Shown here in pieces: positions 37,623-49,097 of a stretch of DNA of 64,000 nucleotides. The notes below the pieces were generated by a model, which had not been told where the DNA came from, searched no databases, and was given only the letters and a program-made list of their open reading frames with translations. Each line of letters opens with the position of its first letter. Position 1 is the first letter of the stretch. The translations under genes were made by a program, and so were the position numbers. This DNA is from Rhodospirillales bacterium (GTDB lineage Bacteria; Pseudomonadota; Alphaproteobacteria; Rhodospirillales; UBA2165). Location: positions 130,971-194,970 of the forward strand of contig OZ243926.1 in the NCBI GenBank assembly GCA_965213765.1. The letters run 5' to 3'.

Positions 37623-38729
37623 ATGACCGAACGCACCTTCCCGCCCTTCCGGGCCGATCAGGTCGGCAGCCTCCTCCGCCCCGCGCGGCTGGCGGAAGCC
37701 CGGCAAAAATACGCGGACGGCGGCGTGTCCGCGGGTGAACTCAAGGCCGTCGAAGACGAATGCATCCGGGATGCCGTCGCCAAGCAGGAGGCCGTCGGCC
37801 TCCGGGCGGTGACCGACGGTGAGTTTCGCCGCAATTCGTGGAATTTCGACTTTATCTCCGGGTTCGGCGGTTTCGAACTGGTCGAGGAATCCCAGGGGCC
37901 CGCATTCTCCGGCGGTTACAGGCCGCAGTCCCTGAAAGTGACCGGCAAGGTGGCCAATCCGGACGGCGTCATGGTCGACCACTTCGCCTTTCTCAAAGGA
38001 TCCGCCGGCGTGACTGCCAAGATGTGCATCCCCTCACCTTCCCTCGCCTATCATCGGGGCGGCCGGGCGCTGATTGACGAGACGGTCTATCCCGACCTGG
38101 ATGTCTATTGGGACGATGTCTGGGCCGCCTACAAGCGGGAGATCGCCCTGATGGCGGAGGCCGGCTGCACGTACCTCCAGCTCGACGACACCACTTTTGC
38201 CCTGATGTGCGATCCCCGCTACCGCCAGGCGATGGCCGACCGCGGTGACGACGCGGACGATCTGGTGGCGCACTACGCGAAAGGCATCAACACGGTCATC
38301 GCCGACAGGCCCGACAATATGGCGATCACGGTTCACATGTGCCGGGGCAATTTCCAGAGCACCTGGATCGCCGAAGGCGGCTACGAGCCGGTGGCCGAGA
38401 AGATGTTCTCGGAGGCAAACGTGGACGGGTTCTTCATGGAATGGGATTCGGACCGGGCCGGTGGGTTCGAGCCCCTCCGCTTCGTCCGCGACGACCAAGT
38501 CGTGGTGGTTGGACTGATCACTTCCAAGACCCCCGAGTTGGAGAGCAAGGACGAGATCAAGCGGCGGATGGACGAGGCGGCGCGGCATGTGCCCCTCGAT
38601 CGTCTATGCCTCAGCCCCCAATGCGGGTTCGCCAGCACCCACCAGGGAAACAAGCTCACCGAAGATGAACAGTGGCGGAAGCTGGAACTGGTGGTCGAGA
38701 CCGCGGGTGAAATCTGGGGCGGCGCCTGA
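37623..38729 (+). CDS. Cobalamin-independent methionine synthase-like protein (catalytic domain only)
   Basis: DQVGSLLRP, TDGEFRR, HMCRGN and SPQCGFAS zinc motifs; lacks the N-terminal folate-binding half. Confidence 0.88.
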   Translation: MTERTFPPFRADQVGSLLRPARLAEARQKYADGGVSAGELKAVEDECIRDAVAKQEAVGLRAVTDGEFRRNSWNFDFISGFGGFELVEESQGPAFSGGYRPQSLKVTGKVANPDGVMVDHFAFLKGSAGVTAKMCIPSPSLAYHRGGRALIDETVYPDLDVYWDDVWAAYKREIALMAEAGCTYLQLDDTTFALMCDPRYRQAMADRGDDADDLVAHYAKGINTVIADRPDNMAITVHMCRGNFQSTWIAEGGYEPVAEKMFSEANVDGFFMEWDSDRAGGFEPLRFVRDDQVVVVGLITSKTPELESKDEIKRRMDEAARHVPLDRLCLSPQCGFASTHQGNKLTEDEQWRKLELVVETAGEIWGGA

Positions 38730-38732
38730 GCG

Positions 38733-39266
38733 TTATTTGAGGCCCAGTTCTTCGCGGAACCGGGCTTTCCACTCGTCGAATTTTTCCGCTGTGGTCTCTT
38801 TCTCCAGGAGCGACAACGTATCCTCGGCGATCTCTTCTTCCGGCTTGTCGAGATCAATGGGCTCGGCGAAGGGCTGTCGGCAATGCCAGGGCGTATCGAC
38901 GAACACTTCCGCCGTGTTGCCCTCCGGGTCCTTGAAATAGACCGACCAGGCGTTGCCGTGGGTCATCGGCGACACGTCGGAGGCGCCGGGGTGATCCTTG
39001 ACCCGCCGGTAGACTTCCTTGACATGGGCGAGGCTGTCGACCCGGAACGCCATGTGATTGAAGTGCTTTTTGCCGATCTCCGTCTCCCGCCCCCGGACCA
39101 TAAGCATCTGATGATGATTGTCGGGGTCGGCGGAGAGAAAGCAGATGCGGTCGTCGTCGGCCCGGTCGGTGACTTTCAGTCCCACAACGCCGGTATAGAA
39201 ATCGACCATGGCCGGCAGGTCATAGACGTGAAAGCCGGCGTGGCTGAGGGTCATTTTTCCGGGCAT
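38733..39266 (-). CDS. VOC/glyoxalase family protein (CatE-like)
   Basis: LSHAGFHV, NHMAFRV and HGNAWSVYFKDPEGN motifs. Confidence 0.85.
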   Translation of the reverse strand: MPGKMTLSHAGFHVYDLPAMVDFYTGVVGLKVTDRADDDRICFLSADPDNHHQMLMVRGRETEIGKKHFNHMAFRVDSLAHVKEVYRRVKDHPGASDVSPMTHGNAWSVYFKDPEGNTAEVFVDTPWHCRQPFAEPIDLDKPEEEIAEDTLSLLEKETTAEKFDEWKARFREELGLK

Positions 39267-39296
39267 TTCGTACTCCGCGTTTCTCTCCAGTGACCC

Positions 39297-39731
39297 CTAT
39301 TTACCATAGATACGATGAGCGCGCTCTTCAAAGGCGCCGACCATGATCTGGACCGCCTTTTCGAATACCATCCCGATCATCTTCCGCAGCAGTTTGGAAC
39401 GAAACTCGAAATCAACATAGAAGTCGACGATGCACGTGCCGTCCGGCTGTTCGATGAATATCCAGTGGTTATTCAGATATTTGAACGGCCCCTCCGAGTA
39501 GCTCACGTCGATCCGGTCGGGATGGGCGAGTTCCACCCGCGAGGTGAAGCGCTCACGGAACATCTTGTAGCCGATGACCATGTCGGCGATGAGGACGTTG
39601 CCCTCCCGCGAACGGATGCGGGTGCCGACGCACCACGGCAGGAACTCGGGGTATTTCTCGATGTCGGAGACCAGATTGAACATCTGCTCCGGTGCGTACG
39701 GCAGCGGTTTTTGTTCTGCGTGGGTGGGCAT
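39297..39731 (-). CDS. RatA/Coq10 (SRPBCC) family protein
   Basis: VSDIEKYPEFLPWC and GPFKYLNNHW motifs. Confidence 0.92.
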   Translation of the reverse strand: MPTHAEQKPLPYAPEQMFNLVSDIEKYPEFLPWCVGTRIRSREGNVLIADMVIGYKMFRERFTSRVELAHPDRIDVSYSEGPFKYLNNHWIFIEQPDGTCIVDFYVDFEFRSKLLRKMIGMVFEKAVQIMVGAFEERAHRIYGK

Positions 39732-39770
39732 ATCTTCCGAGTCTTGGGCGCCCGGCTTATAGCCCGATTC

Positions 39771-40712
39771 TCAGGCTTCGGCCAACTTGGCGATGCGCGC
39801 GGCGCGGAGTTGCCTGAAGTCGTCGTCCGCGTGATAGGAAGACCGGGTCAACGGCGTCGCCGACACCTTCAGGAATCCCTTGGCGAGCGCAATGGTCTCA
39901 TACTCCCCGAACTCTTCCGGGGTTACGAACCGGTCGATGGGCGCATGCTTGGGCGTCGGCTGCAGATACTGGCCGATGGTCAGGAAATCCACATCCGCCG
40001 AGCGAAGGTCATCCATTACCTGGAGCACCTCGTTCCGCTCCTCGCCCAGCCCCACCATGATGCCTGACTTGGTGAAGATCTCGGGATCGATCCGCTTGAC
40101 CGTGTCCAGCAGCCTCAGGGAATGAAAATACCTCGCGCCCGGCCTGATGGCCGGATAGAGCCGCGGCACGGTCTCGAGGTTGTGGTTGTAGACATCGGGC
40201 TTGGCGGCGGCCACGGCCTCGATGGCGCCGTCCTTGTCGCGGAAATCAGGGGTGAGGATCTCGACCGTCGTGTCCGGGGCCATCTCGCGCAACTTGTCGA
40301 GACAGGCGACGAATTGAGAGGCGCCGCCGTCATCCAGATCATCCCGGTCAACCGAGGTGATCACCATGTGCTTGAGGCCGGTCATGGTCGCCATGATGGC
40401 GACGTTCTCGGGCTCCCGGGGATCGACGGCATCGGGCTTGCCGGTCGCCACATTGCAGAACGCGCAGGCCCGGGTGCAGATTTCGCCCAGTATCATCACC
40501 GTCGCATGCTTCTGGGCCCAGCACTCGCCGATGTTGGGGCAGGCGGCCTCTTCGCAGACCGTGGCCAGGTTGAGCTCCCGCATCAACCGCTTGGTCTCGC
40601 CATATTCCTTCGAGGTAGGCGCTTTCACCCGAATCCAGGCCGGCTTGCGGGGGCTCGGCCGGTCCGGATTGTTGCGCTTCTCCGGGTGGCGGTATTTTCG
40701 AACCTGGTTCAT
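39771..40712 (-). CDS. lipA: Lipoyl synthase
   Basis: [12 protein letters not shown] and CTRACAFC clusters; RSSYHA. Confidence 0.97.
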   Translation of the reverse strand: MNQVRKYRHPEKRNNPDRPSPRKPAWIRVKAPTSKEYGETKRLMRELNLATVCEEAACPNIGECWAQKHATVMILGEICTRACAFCNVATGKPDAVDPREPENVAIMATMTGLKHMVITSVDRDDLDDGGASQFVACLDKLREMAPDTTVEILTPDFRDKDGAIEAVAAAKPDVYNHNLETVPRLYPAIRPGARYFHSLRLLDTVKRIDPEIFTKSGIMVGLGEERNEVLQVMDDLRSADVDFLTIGQYLQPTPKHAPIDRFVTPEEFGEYETIALAKGFLKVSATPLTRSSYHADDDFRQLRAARIAKLAEA

Positions 40713-40713
40713 C

Positions 40714-41166
40714 TCAGATGTTCACGTCGTATCTCACCCATCGGGTCACGGGCGTAATTCTATCATAGAGCTTGCGGGCGGTCTCGTTGTCCTCGGCCGT
40801 CATCCAGTAGACCCGGTGCCAGCCATGCCCTTTGGCCATGTCGATCAGCGCCTCGATCAGCGCCCGGCCGGCCCCCTGCCCGCGCGCCGCGGGATCCACA
40901 TAGAGGTCCTCCAGGTAGCACACCGGCCGCAGCGCCCATGTATTCGCGTGCAGGACGTAGTTCAAGAGGCCGGCCACCTCGCCGCCGGCCTCGGCGACCA
41001 GCCCCCAGACGGCGGACTCCCGGTTCATCAGGCGCTCCCAGGTATGAGCCGTGACCTCGTCGGACACCTCGGTCTCGTAGAATTCGAGGTAGCCGGCCCA
41101 TAGCCGGTGCCAGTCCTCCTTGTCCTGCCCGGCGAGCGGACGCACATCCAGGGGTCTCGGGTTCAT
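40714..41166 (-). CDS. GNAT family N-acetyltransferase
   Basis: [20 protein letters not shown] acetyl-CoA binding motif. Confidence 0.92.
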   Translation of the reverse strand: MNPRPLDVRPLAGQDKEDWHRLWAGYLEFYETEVSDEVTAHTWERLMNRESAVWGLVAEAGGEVAGLLNYVLHANTWALRPVCYLEDLYVDPAARGQGAGRALIEALIDMAKGHGWHRVYWMTAEDNETARKLYDRITPVTRWVRYDVNI

Positions 41167-42602
41167 TAGAAGTGAATGACCCGGCCGTAGGCGTCGAGGA
41201 CGGCCTCGTGCATCATTTCGGACAGCGTCGGGTGCGGGAACACCGAATGCATCAACTCGGCCTCGGTGGTCTCGAGGGTCTTGGCGATGCCGTAGCCCTG
41301 GATCAGTTCGGTCACCTCGGCCCCGACCATATGGGCGCCCAGCAGCTCGCCGGTCTTGGCGTCGAACACGGTCTTGACCAATCCGTCCGGCTCACCCAAC
41401 GCAATGGCCTTGCCGTTGCCCTGGAACGGGAATTTGCCGACCTTGACCTCGTAGCCCCGTTCCCTGGCCGCGGCTTCCGTGAGCCCGACGCTGGCCACTT
41501 GCGGCGCGCAATAGGTGCAGCCCGGGATGCATGAGGTATCCAGCGGGTGCACATCGTTCACCCCGGCGATCTTCTCGACGCAGATGATGCCTTCGTGGCT
41601 GGCCTTGTGGGCAAGCCAGGGCGGGCCGGTGACGTCGCCGATGGCATAGACGCCGGGCTCGTGGGTCGCGCTCCACTCGTCGATGACGATGTGGGATTTC
41701 TCGACCCGCACCTTGGTGCCGTCCAGCCCGATGTCTTCCACATTGCCGACGATGCCGACCGCCAATATCACCCGGTCGACGGTGAGGTCGGTGGATTTGC
41801 CGCCGCCTTCACCGGCAACCTCGATGGTGGCGGTGACGTTGCCTTTGCCCTTCTTCAGGCCCTTCACCGTCGCCGACGTCATGATGTTCATGCCCTGAGC
41901 CTTGAATGCCTTCTCGGCGAAGGCGGAGATTTCCTCGTCCTCCACCGGCAATATCCGGGGCAGCACCTCGACCACCGTGACCTCGGCGCCAAGGGTCTTG
42001 TAGAAGCTCGCGAACTCGATGCCGATGGCGCCGGATCCGACCACCAGGAGAGACTTGGGCATGGTTTCGGGGACCATGGCTTCCTTATAGGTCCAGATCA
42101 GTTCACCGTCGGGCTCGAGGCCCGGCAGTGTCCGCGCCCGGGCGCCGGTCGCCAGGATGATGTGTTCGGCGGTGAGGCCGGCGATCTTCCTGCCGTCGGC
42201 CGAGACCTCCAGCTTGCGCACGCCTTTTTCCTGGCCGGCCAGCTTGCCGTGGCCGTCGAAGACCGCGACCTTGTTCTTCTTCAAAAGGTGTGCGACGCCG
42301 CCGGACAGCCGGCGCGCCACCCGGCGCGAGCGTTTGACGATCTTGGGCAGATCGATGGAGACGCCCTCGACCTTGAGGCCGAACTCGTCGGCCCGCTCCA
42401 TCAGGTGATAGACCTCGGAGGTGCGCAGCAGCGCCTTGGTCGGGATGCAGCCCCAGTTGAGGCAGATGCCGCCCAGGTGTTCCCGCTCGACGCAGGCCGC
42501 CTTCATGCCGAGCTGCGCGGCGCGGATGGCGGTCACGTAGCCGCCCGGCCCGCCGCCGACGACGATCACGTCGAAATTGGTTTCGGTTGGTTGATCCGCC
42601 AT
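41166..42602 (-). CDS. lpdA: Dihydrolipoyl dehydrogenase (E3)
   Basis: GGGPGG, GGICLNWGCIPTK and HPTLSE motifs. Confidence 0.97.
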   Translation of the reverse strand: MADQPTETNFDVIVVGGGPGGYVTAIRAAQLGMKAACVEREHLGGICLNWGCIPTKALLRTSEVYHLMERADEFGLKVEGVSIDLPKIVKRSRRVARRLSGGVAHLLKKNKVAVFDGHGKLAGQEKGVRKLEVSADGRKIAGLTAEHIILATGARARTLPGLEPDGELIWTYKEAMVPETMPKSLLVVGSGAIGIEFASFYKTLGAEVTVVEVLPRILPVEDEEISAFAEKAFKAQGMNIMTSATVKGLKKGKGNVTATIEVAGEGGGKSTDLTVDRVILAVGIVGNVEDIGLDGTKVRVEKSHIVIDEWSATHEPGVYAIGDVTGPPWLAHKASHEGIICVEKIAGVNDVHPLDTSCIPGCTYCAPQVASVGLTEAAARERGYEVKVGKFPFQGNGKAIALGEPDGLVKTVFDAKTGELLGAHMVGAEVTELIQGYGIAKTLETTEAELMHSVFPHPTLSEMMHEAVLDAYGRVIHF

Positions 42603-42611
42603 CGTGACCCC

Positions 42612-43895
42612 TTACAGCAGCATGGCCAGCGGGTCCTCGATGAGGACCTTGAAGGCCTGGAGCCATTCGGCGCCCAACGCGCCGTCGACGACCCGGTGAT
42701 CGGTGGACAACGTGACGCTCATCATGGTCGCGGTGGTGAGCGCGCCGTCCCTGACCACGGGCCGTTGCTCGCCGGCGCCGACGGCCAGGATGCAGGATTG
42801 GGGCGGGTTGATGATCGCGGCGAACTCCTTCACCCCGTACATGCCGAGATTGGAGATGGTGAAGCCGCCGCCCTGGAATTCGTCGGGCAGCAGCTTGCCT
42901 TCCCGGGCGCGGGCGGCGAGGTCCTTCATCTCGTTGGAAATGACGGCCAGGCCTTTTTGGTCCGCGTTGCGCACGATGGGCGTGATCAGGCCGCCGTCGA
43001 TCGCGACGGCCACCGAGATGTCGATGTCGTTGTAGAGCAGCATGGCCTCGTCGGTCCAAGACGCGTTGACGTCGGGTACCTTCTTCATGGCGAACGCCGC
43101 GGCGCGGATGATGAAGTCGTTGACCGAGATCTTGTAGTCCTCGCCGGTCGCCTCGGCCCGCGCGTTCAGGTCCTTGCGCATGGCCAGCAGCTTATCGATT
43201 TCGCACTCCATGGTGACGTAGAAGTGGGGCACCGTCTGCTTGGATTCCTGCAAGCGCCTGGCGATCACCTTGCGCATATTGTTGTGCGGCACCTCGGTAT
43301 AACCGCCGGCCACCACGGGCAGTTGTGCGGGCGCCGGAGCGGCGGATGGAGCAGCGGCGGGAGCCGCGACGCCGCCGGCGATGGCTGCTTCCACGTCCCG
43401 TTTTACCACCCGGCCATGGGGACCGGAGCCGGATATCGCGCCTATGTCGATGCCGGCGTCCGCCGCCATGCGTTTGGCCAGCGGGCTGGCGAACACGCGG
43501 GCGCCGTTTGACTTCGGCGCGGCGGGCGCCGGTTGTGGTGCCGCGTCGGGTACGGGCTGCGGCGGTTGGGCCGCTTCCGGCGTTGGGGCGGGTTCGGGTG
43601 GCGCCACGGGCGCAGGCGCCGGGGCGGCGGCCTCCGCGGCGGACGCATCCTCGCCCTCTTCCAGCATCACCGCGATCGGCGTGTTGACGGCGATGTTCTC
43701 CGAGCCTTCGGCGGCGATGATCTTCCCGAGCACGCCGTCATCGACGGCTTCCAGCTCCATGGTCGCCTTGTCGGTTTCGATCTCGGCCAGGAGATCGCCG
43801 GACGCGACCTCGTCGCCCTCCTTCTTGTGCCACTTGGCGATATTGCCCTCGGTCATGGTCGGCGACAGGGCGGGCATGAGGATCTGAATGGTCAT
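42612..43895 (-). CDS. pdhC: Pyruvate dehydrogenase E2 dihydrolipoamide acetyltransferase
   Basis: Lipoyl ETDKA, E3-binding ASPLAKR and DHRVVDG motifs. Confidence 0.96.
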   Translation of the reverse strand: MTIQILMPALSPTMTEGNIAKWHKKEGDEVASGDLLAEIETDKATMELEAVDDGVLGKIIAAEGSENIAVNTPIAVMLEEGEDASAAEAAAPAPAPVAPPEPAPTPEAAQPPQPVPDAAPQPAPAAPKSNGARVFASPLAKRMAADAGIDIGAISGSGPHGRVVKRDVEAAIAGGVAAPAAAPSAAPAPAQLPVVAGGYTEVPHNNMRKVIARRLQESKQTVPHFYVTMECEIDKLLAMRKDLNARAEATGEDYKISVNDFIIRAAAFAMKKVPDVNASWTDEAMLLYNDIDISVAVAIDGGLITPIVRNADQKGLAVISNEMKDLAARAREGKLLPDEFQGGGFTISNLGMYGVKEFAAIINPPQSCILAVGAGEQRPVVRDGALTTATMMSVTLSTDHRVVDGALGAEWLQAFKVLIEDPLAMLL

Positions 43896-43907
43896 ATCCC
43901 GCTCCCC

Positions 43908-45335
<1,428 letters not shown>

Positions 45336-45349
45336 TTCTCGTTGCTCCC

Positions 45350-46369
45350 CTAAGCGTCGACCAGAACGTCGGTGTAGAGTTCGGACGGATTCGGCTCCGG
45401 CGACTGCTGGGCGAACTCGGCCGCTTCGGTAATGATCGCCTTGATTTCCGCATCGACGGCTTTCAGTTCCTCTTCGGTCGCGTATTTGTTGTCGAGCAAT
45501 GTCTGGGCGATCCGATCGATGGGGTCCTGCTCGGCCCGGACCTTGGACACCTCTTCGCGGGTCCGGTATTTGGCCGGATCGGACATGGAATGGCCGCGAT
45601 ACCGGTAGGTCAGCATGCCGAGGATATAGGGGCCCTTGCCGCTCCGGACGTGCTTCAGCGCCTTCTCCGCCGCGGCGCGGACGGCAGCCACGTCCATCCC
45701 ATCCACCCGTTCGCCGGGGATGCCGAACGCCTCGCCGCGGGCATAGAGTTCCTGGGTCGATGCGGCGCGGGCGACCGAGGTACCCATGCCGTAGCGGTTG
45801 TTTTCGAGCACGTAACAGACCGGCAGTTTCCACAGGGCCGCCATATTGAAACTCTCGTAGACCTGGCCCTGGTTGGCGGCGCCGTCGCCGTAATAGGTCA
45901 TGCAGACCCCGCCGTCTTCCTTGTACTTATGTGCAAATCCGAGGCCGGTGCCGATCGGAACCTGGGCCGCGACGATGCCGTGACCGCCGAAGAAGTTCCT
46001 TTCCCGGCTGAACATGTGCATGGAGCCGCCCTTGCCGCGGGAATAACCCGTGCCGCGGCCGGTGAGTTCGGCCATGACGCCTTTGGGGTCCATCCCGCAG
46101 GCCAGCATATGGCCATGATCCCGGTAGCTGGTGACGACCGTATCGACATCGGTGTCGGCGGCGGCCTGCATACCGACAACGACCGCCTCCTGACCAATAT
46201 AAAGGTGGCAGAAACCCTGGATCAGCCCCATGCCATAGAGTTGCCCCGCCTTTTCTTCGAAACGGCGGATCAGCAACATTTCCCGATGAAATTTAAGGAG
46301 TTCTTCCGGGGTGGCTTTGGGTTTCGGGGCGGCTCGTTTGCGGGGTTTTCGCTTTGCGGCTGTCGCCAT
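45350..46369 (-). CDS. pdhA: Pyruvate dehydrogenase E1 alpha
   Basis: [20 protein letters not shown] and YRGHSMSDP motifs. Confidence 0.97.
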   Translation of the reverse strand: MATAAKRKPRKRAAPKPKATPEELLKFHREMLLIRRFEEKAGQLYGMGLIQGFCHLYIGQEAVVVGMQAAADTDVDTVVTSYRDHGHMLACGMDPKGVMAELTGRGTGYSRGKGGSMHMFSRERNFFGGHGIVAAQVPIGTGLGFAHKYKEDGGVCMTYYGDGAANQGQVYESFNMAALWKLPVCYVLENNRYGMGTSVARAASTQELYARGEAFGIPGERVDGMDVAAVRAAAEKALKHVRSGKGPYILGMLTYRYRGHSMSDPAKYRTREEVSKVRAEQDPIDRIAQTLLDNKYATEEELKAVDAEIKAIITEAAEFAQQSPEPNPSELYTDVLVDA

Positions 46370-46583
46370 ATCGGGTCACTCCTCCCTCGGGAATCCGCCA
46401 TAATCGCGGAAACATGGGCCTGCAATGAGGTAAAAAATAGCTAAAACCGAGGCTGAATTTGACGACAAAGTTGTTGTAAAGCAACAAGTTTTTCTAAATT
46501 ACCTTGTTTTTAGTTAACTATAATTCAGCGAGGTTTGATTCGGGCGGTTTCGACGCCAAATCGCGCAATTTTCTAGTTGTCGT

Positions 46584-46916
46584 TCAGCTTGTGGGAAGAC
46601 GGCAGCGCCGCCACCTCTCAACCTGCCGCGAACCGCGAACGAGTTCCATGTCGTCATCACTGAATAAGGACATGACCACCTTGTCGCCGGCACCAGGCTC
46701 ACCGGCCGGCACCACATACTCGAAACCGTGGCGGTCATAGATGCCTTCCATGCGGGTGCCGTATGGCGTCGTCAGCTTGGGGCCGTCGATGGAGAGCTTT
46801 TGCCCCTTGGCGTTGCACCAATCGCCGTCAATGGCGTCGGCGTGGGCTTGGGCCGGCCACAACACCGCGCCAAGGAGCAACAGAATCGGAAAACTCCGGG
46901 CGGCGCGCGCGGTCAT
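46584..46916 (-). CDS. Small secreted hypothetical protein
   Basis: Signal peptide ending AQAHA-D; AIDGDWC...RWRRC with two Cys; 9 bp downstream of the Rieske gene. Confidence 0.8.
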   Translation of the reverse strand: MTARAARSFPILLLLGAVLWPAQAHADAIDGDWCNAKGQKLSIDGPKLTTPYGTRMEGIYDRHGFEYVVPAGEPGAGDKVVMSLFSDDDMELVRGSRQVERWRRCRLPTS

Positions 46917-46925
46917 CGGTTCCTC

Positions 46926-48263
46926 CTACTTTTCGGCGAACTCCTCGTCCTTGGAACCGATATTAGTCAATTCCCCCTGGTTCTGGGGAAATGAATCCTC
47001 GAGGCGGAACCCGGTGGCTTCCTCGAACTCGTCCTTCACCCATTGGGGCTGCCCGGCCTGGAAGGGAAACCGCCGATAGGTGCCGCCAATGGGGCTGTCG
47101 GCATTCTCCCGGATTTCCTCGGATGAGAGGCCTTCCGTGAAGAATTTTCTGCCGATGATCGGCAGGTCGATGCAGCCGTTTTCGTTGGGGTTGCGGACGA
47201 TAGCCTTGGGGTCTTCGCCTTTTTTGATCAGTTCGATGTCATCCATGTAGCGCTTGCGGATCATGCCGACGCCCTTGTCGCTGAGCCCCAGATGCTCCTT
47301 GGTGCGGTCGGCGACGGTGCCCTGCCCGACCCAGGCGATGAAATCCTGGTTCATGACATGGGTCGAGATCCACCGTCCCGTCTCTTCGTCCTTGATCGGG
47401 CTCTCCCAGGCGGGAATACGCTCCTGGACATAGGGTTCCTTGTCGGTAGGCACTCGGGCGAAAAACCAGCCGATGCTCAAGGTGTTTTCGTCGTCGATGG
47501 GCACCCGCCATTCGAAGTGTTCGCCGGTAAACAGGCAGTTGGGCCACAGACACGTACGGCCTACGGTCCACAAGGGATGTTCTTCGTCAGTGTCTTCACG
47601 GATACGGAGATAGCGGAAACCATGATCGAATTCGTCGAAATCCACCTTGATGTGCTTCGGCGAATATGGGCCGGTCTCGCCCTTCAGTCGGATCGACCAG
47701 TTGGCGTGCATCCACTCGAAGTGGATGGGATCGATGGAGTTCTCCTGGCACTGGAACCAGTTGCAGGGAACCTCGGAGAGAACGATCTGAACGAAGCCGT
47801 TTTCCCAGGTGAAAGGCTCCCACGTCGGGACCAGCGGCGCCGGCTCCGGCCCCATATAGGCCCACAGCAACCCGGCTTTTTCTTCAACGGGATAGGCCTT
47901 GAGCTTGACCTGTTCTCTCAGCTTACCCGAAGGATTGACCGTGTCTTCATAGGGCTGCTCGATGCAGTTACCTTTACGGTCGTAACACCAGCCATGGTAA
48001 TTGCAGCGGATGCCCGTCTCCTCGACAAACCCGTAGGAAAGATCGGCCCGCCGGTGCGCGCAGTGACGGTCGGTGAGACCGTAGTTGCCGCTCAAATCCT
48101 TGTAGAGGACGAGGTTTTCGCCCATCAGCCGGACCGGCTTGGTGGCCTTTTCGTTGAACTCCGAGACTGCCGCGATGGGCATCCAATACCGGCGCAGCAG
48201 ATCGCCCATGGGCGTCCCTTCGCCGACCTCGGTAAATAGCTTGTTGCTCTCGGCTGTCAACAT
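46926..48263 (-). CDS. Rieske non-heme iron aromatic oxygenase alpha subunit (phthalate/vanillate-type)
   Basis: CAH..CNYH Rieske ligands, DPIHFEWMH and QD mononuclear Fe ligands. Confidence 0.9.
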   Translation of the reverse strand: MLTAESNKLFTEVGEGTPMGDLLRRYWMPIAAVSEFNEKATKPVRLMGENLVLYKDLSGNYGLTDRHCAHRRADLSYGFVEETGIRCNYHGWCYDRKGNCIEQPYEDTVNPSGKLREQVKLKAYPVEEKAGLLWAYMGPEPAPLVPTWEPFTWENGFVQIVLSEVPCNWFQCQENSIDPIHFEWMHANWSIRLKGETGPYSPKHIKVDFDEFDHGFRYLRIREDTDEEHPLWTVGRTCLWPNCLFTGEHFEWRVPIDDENTLSIGWFFARVPTDKEPYVQERIPAWESPIKDEETGRWISTHVMNQDFIAWVGQGTVADRTKEHLGLSDKGVGMIRKRYMDDIELIKKGEDPKAIVRNPNENGCIDLPIIGRKFFTEGLSSEEIRENADSPIGGTYRRFPFQAGQPQWVKDEFEEATGFRLEDSFPQNQGELTNIGSKDEEFAEK

Positions 48264-48301
48264 GATCTTCCCCCTGTCTGGGCGCTCTTGTCGGCCTCAG
48301 C

Positions 48302-48523
48302 TTAGCGCCGGGGACGGCAGGCTGTCCAATGCCGGACGTCTCCCTGTGCGACGTTCGGACGGGCTAATTTGCGGACTGGATGGCATCGATTTGCCGTATG
48401 AATTCCGCCCCGGCGGCGTTCCTCCATCCGTGACGCCATTCGCCGGTACCTATCCGCGCCGGTCCCGGAATGCGTAGAAGTGAAGATCACCGCAGAAAAC
48501 GGCGGTTCGGGAAGGCCGCTCAT
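48302..48523 (-). pseudogene. Degenerate ABM (antibiotic biosynthesis monooxygenase, YqjZ-like) gene remnant
   Basis: PEPPFSAVIFTS...YRRMASRMEE resembles the PEPPYYAVIFTS...Y..MA.RM.E N-terminus; the central GFLG/ITVSYW part is absent. Confidence 0.5.
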
Positions 48524-48538
48524 GAGGTCTGGTCCGGC

Positions 48539-48868
48539 CTAGCGGGCGCGGCGGCCGGGACGGTCGACGAGGATGATATCCGTTGGGTCCGCGTAACCCA
48601 GCATGACCCTCGCTCTCTCTTCCAGCATATCGGGATCGAGACCATCCGGATGCAGCAGTTTGACCCGCTTCCGAAGCCGGGTTTTTTCCTCATTGAGCAG
48701 CGCAACCGCTTGGTTCGCGGCGTCCACCTGCTTGACCAACTGCCAATAGGCGATCAGGCCGTGGTTGCCCTGCACCGCGTGGTAGACGATATAGACCATC
48801 AGGGACACCCCAAGAACGGGGCCGATCACCTGGCGCAGGAGGCGCCGTATATCGTGTACGATGCTCAT
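48539..48868 (-). CDS. ftsB: Septum formation initiator FtsB/DivIC
   Basis: TM, then GNHGL, coiled coil and DPDMLEERARVMLG; between eno and pdhA. Confidence 0.9.
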   Translation of the reverse strand: MSIVHDIRRLLRQVIGPVLGVSLMVYIVYHAVQGNHGLIAYWQLVKQVDAANQAVALLNEEKTRLRKRVKLLHPDGLDPDMLEERARVMLGYADPTDIILVDRPGRRAR

Positions 48869-49030
48869 GACGTCGGGATACTCCCCGCACGTGTCTTGCA
48901 ATACCAAGCGCCTGACAAGACCCAACAAATTCAGTTGTTTAGGAGCGAAAACCACCCCGGTGAACGAGGCGTGTCCGCTACCCGCATGTGCCCCAGGCGG
49001 CAATATTTGCCGTCCCGGGGTCATTTGGCG

Positions 49031-49066
49031 GTGATTGAATCACGCTGCCCTTAGCCAAAGGTTAAC
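49031..49066. promoter_or_regulatory. Candidate CtrA box plus GANTC-containing palindrome upstream of ftsB
   Basis: Minus strand TTAA-CCTTTGG-CTAA (7/8 of TTAA-N7-TTAA) and GTGATT-G-AATCAC containing GAATC. Confidence 0.45.
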
Positions 49067-49097
49067 GGAGCCGAATCGATGGCCTGGGCCTGCTCCC

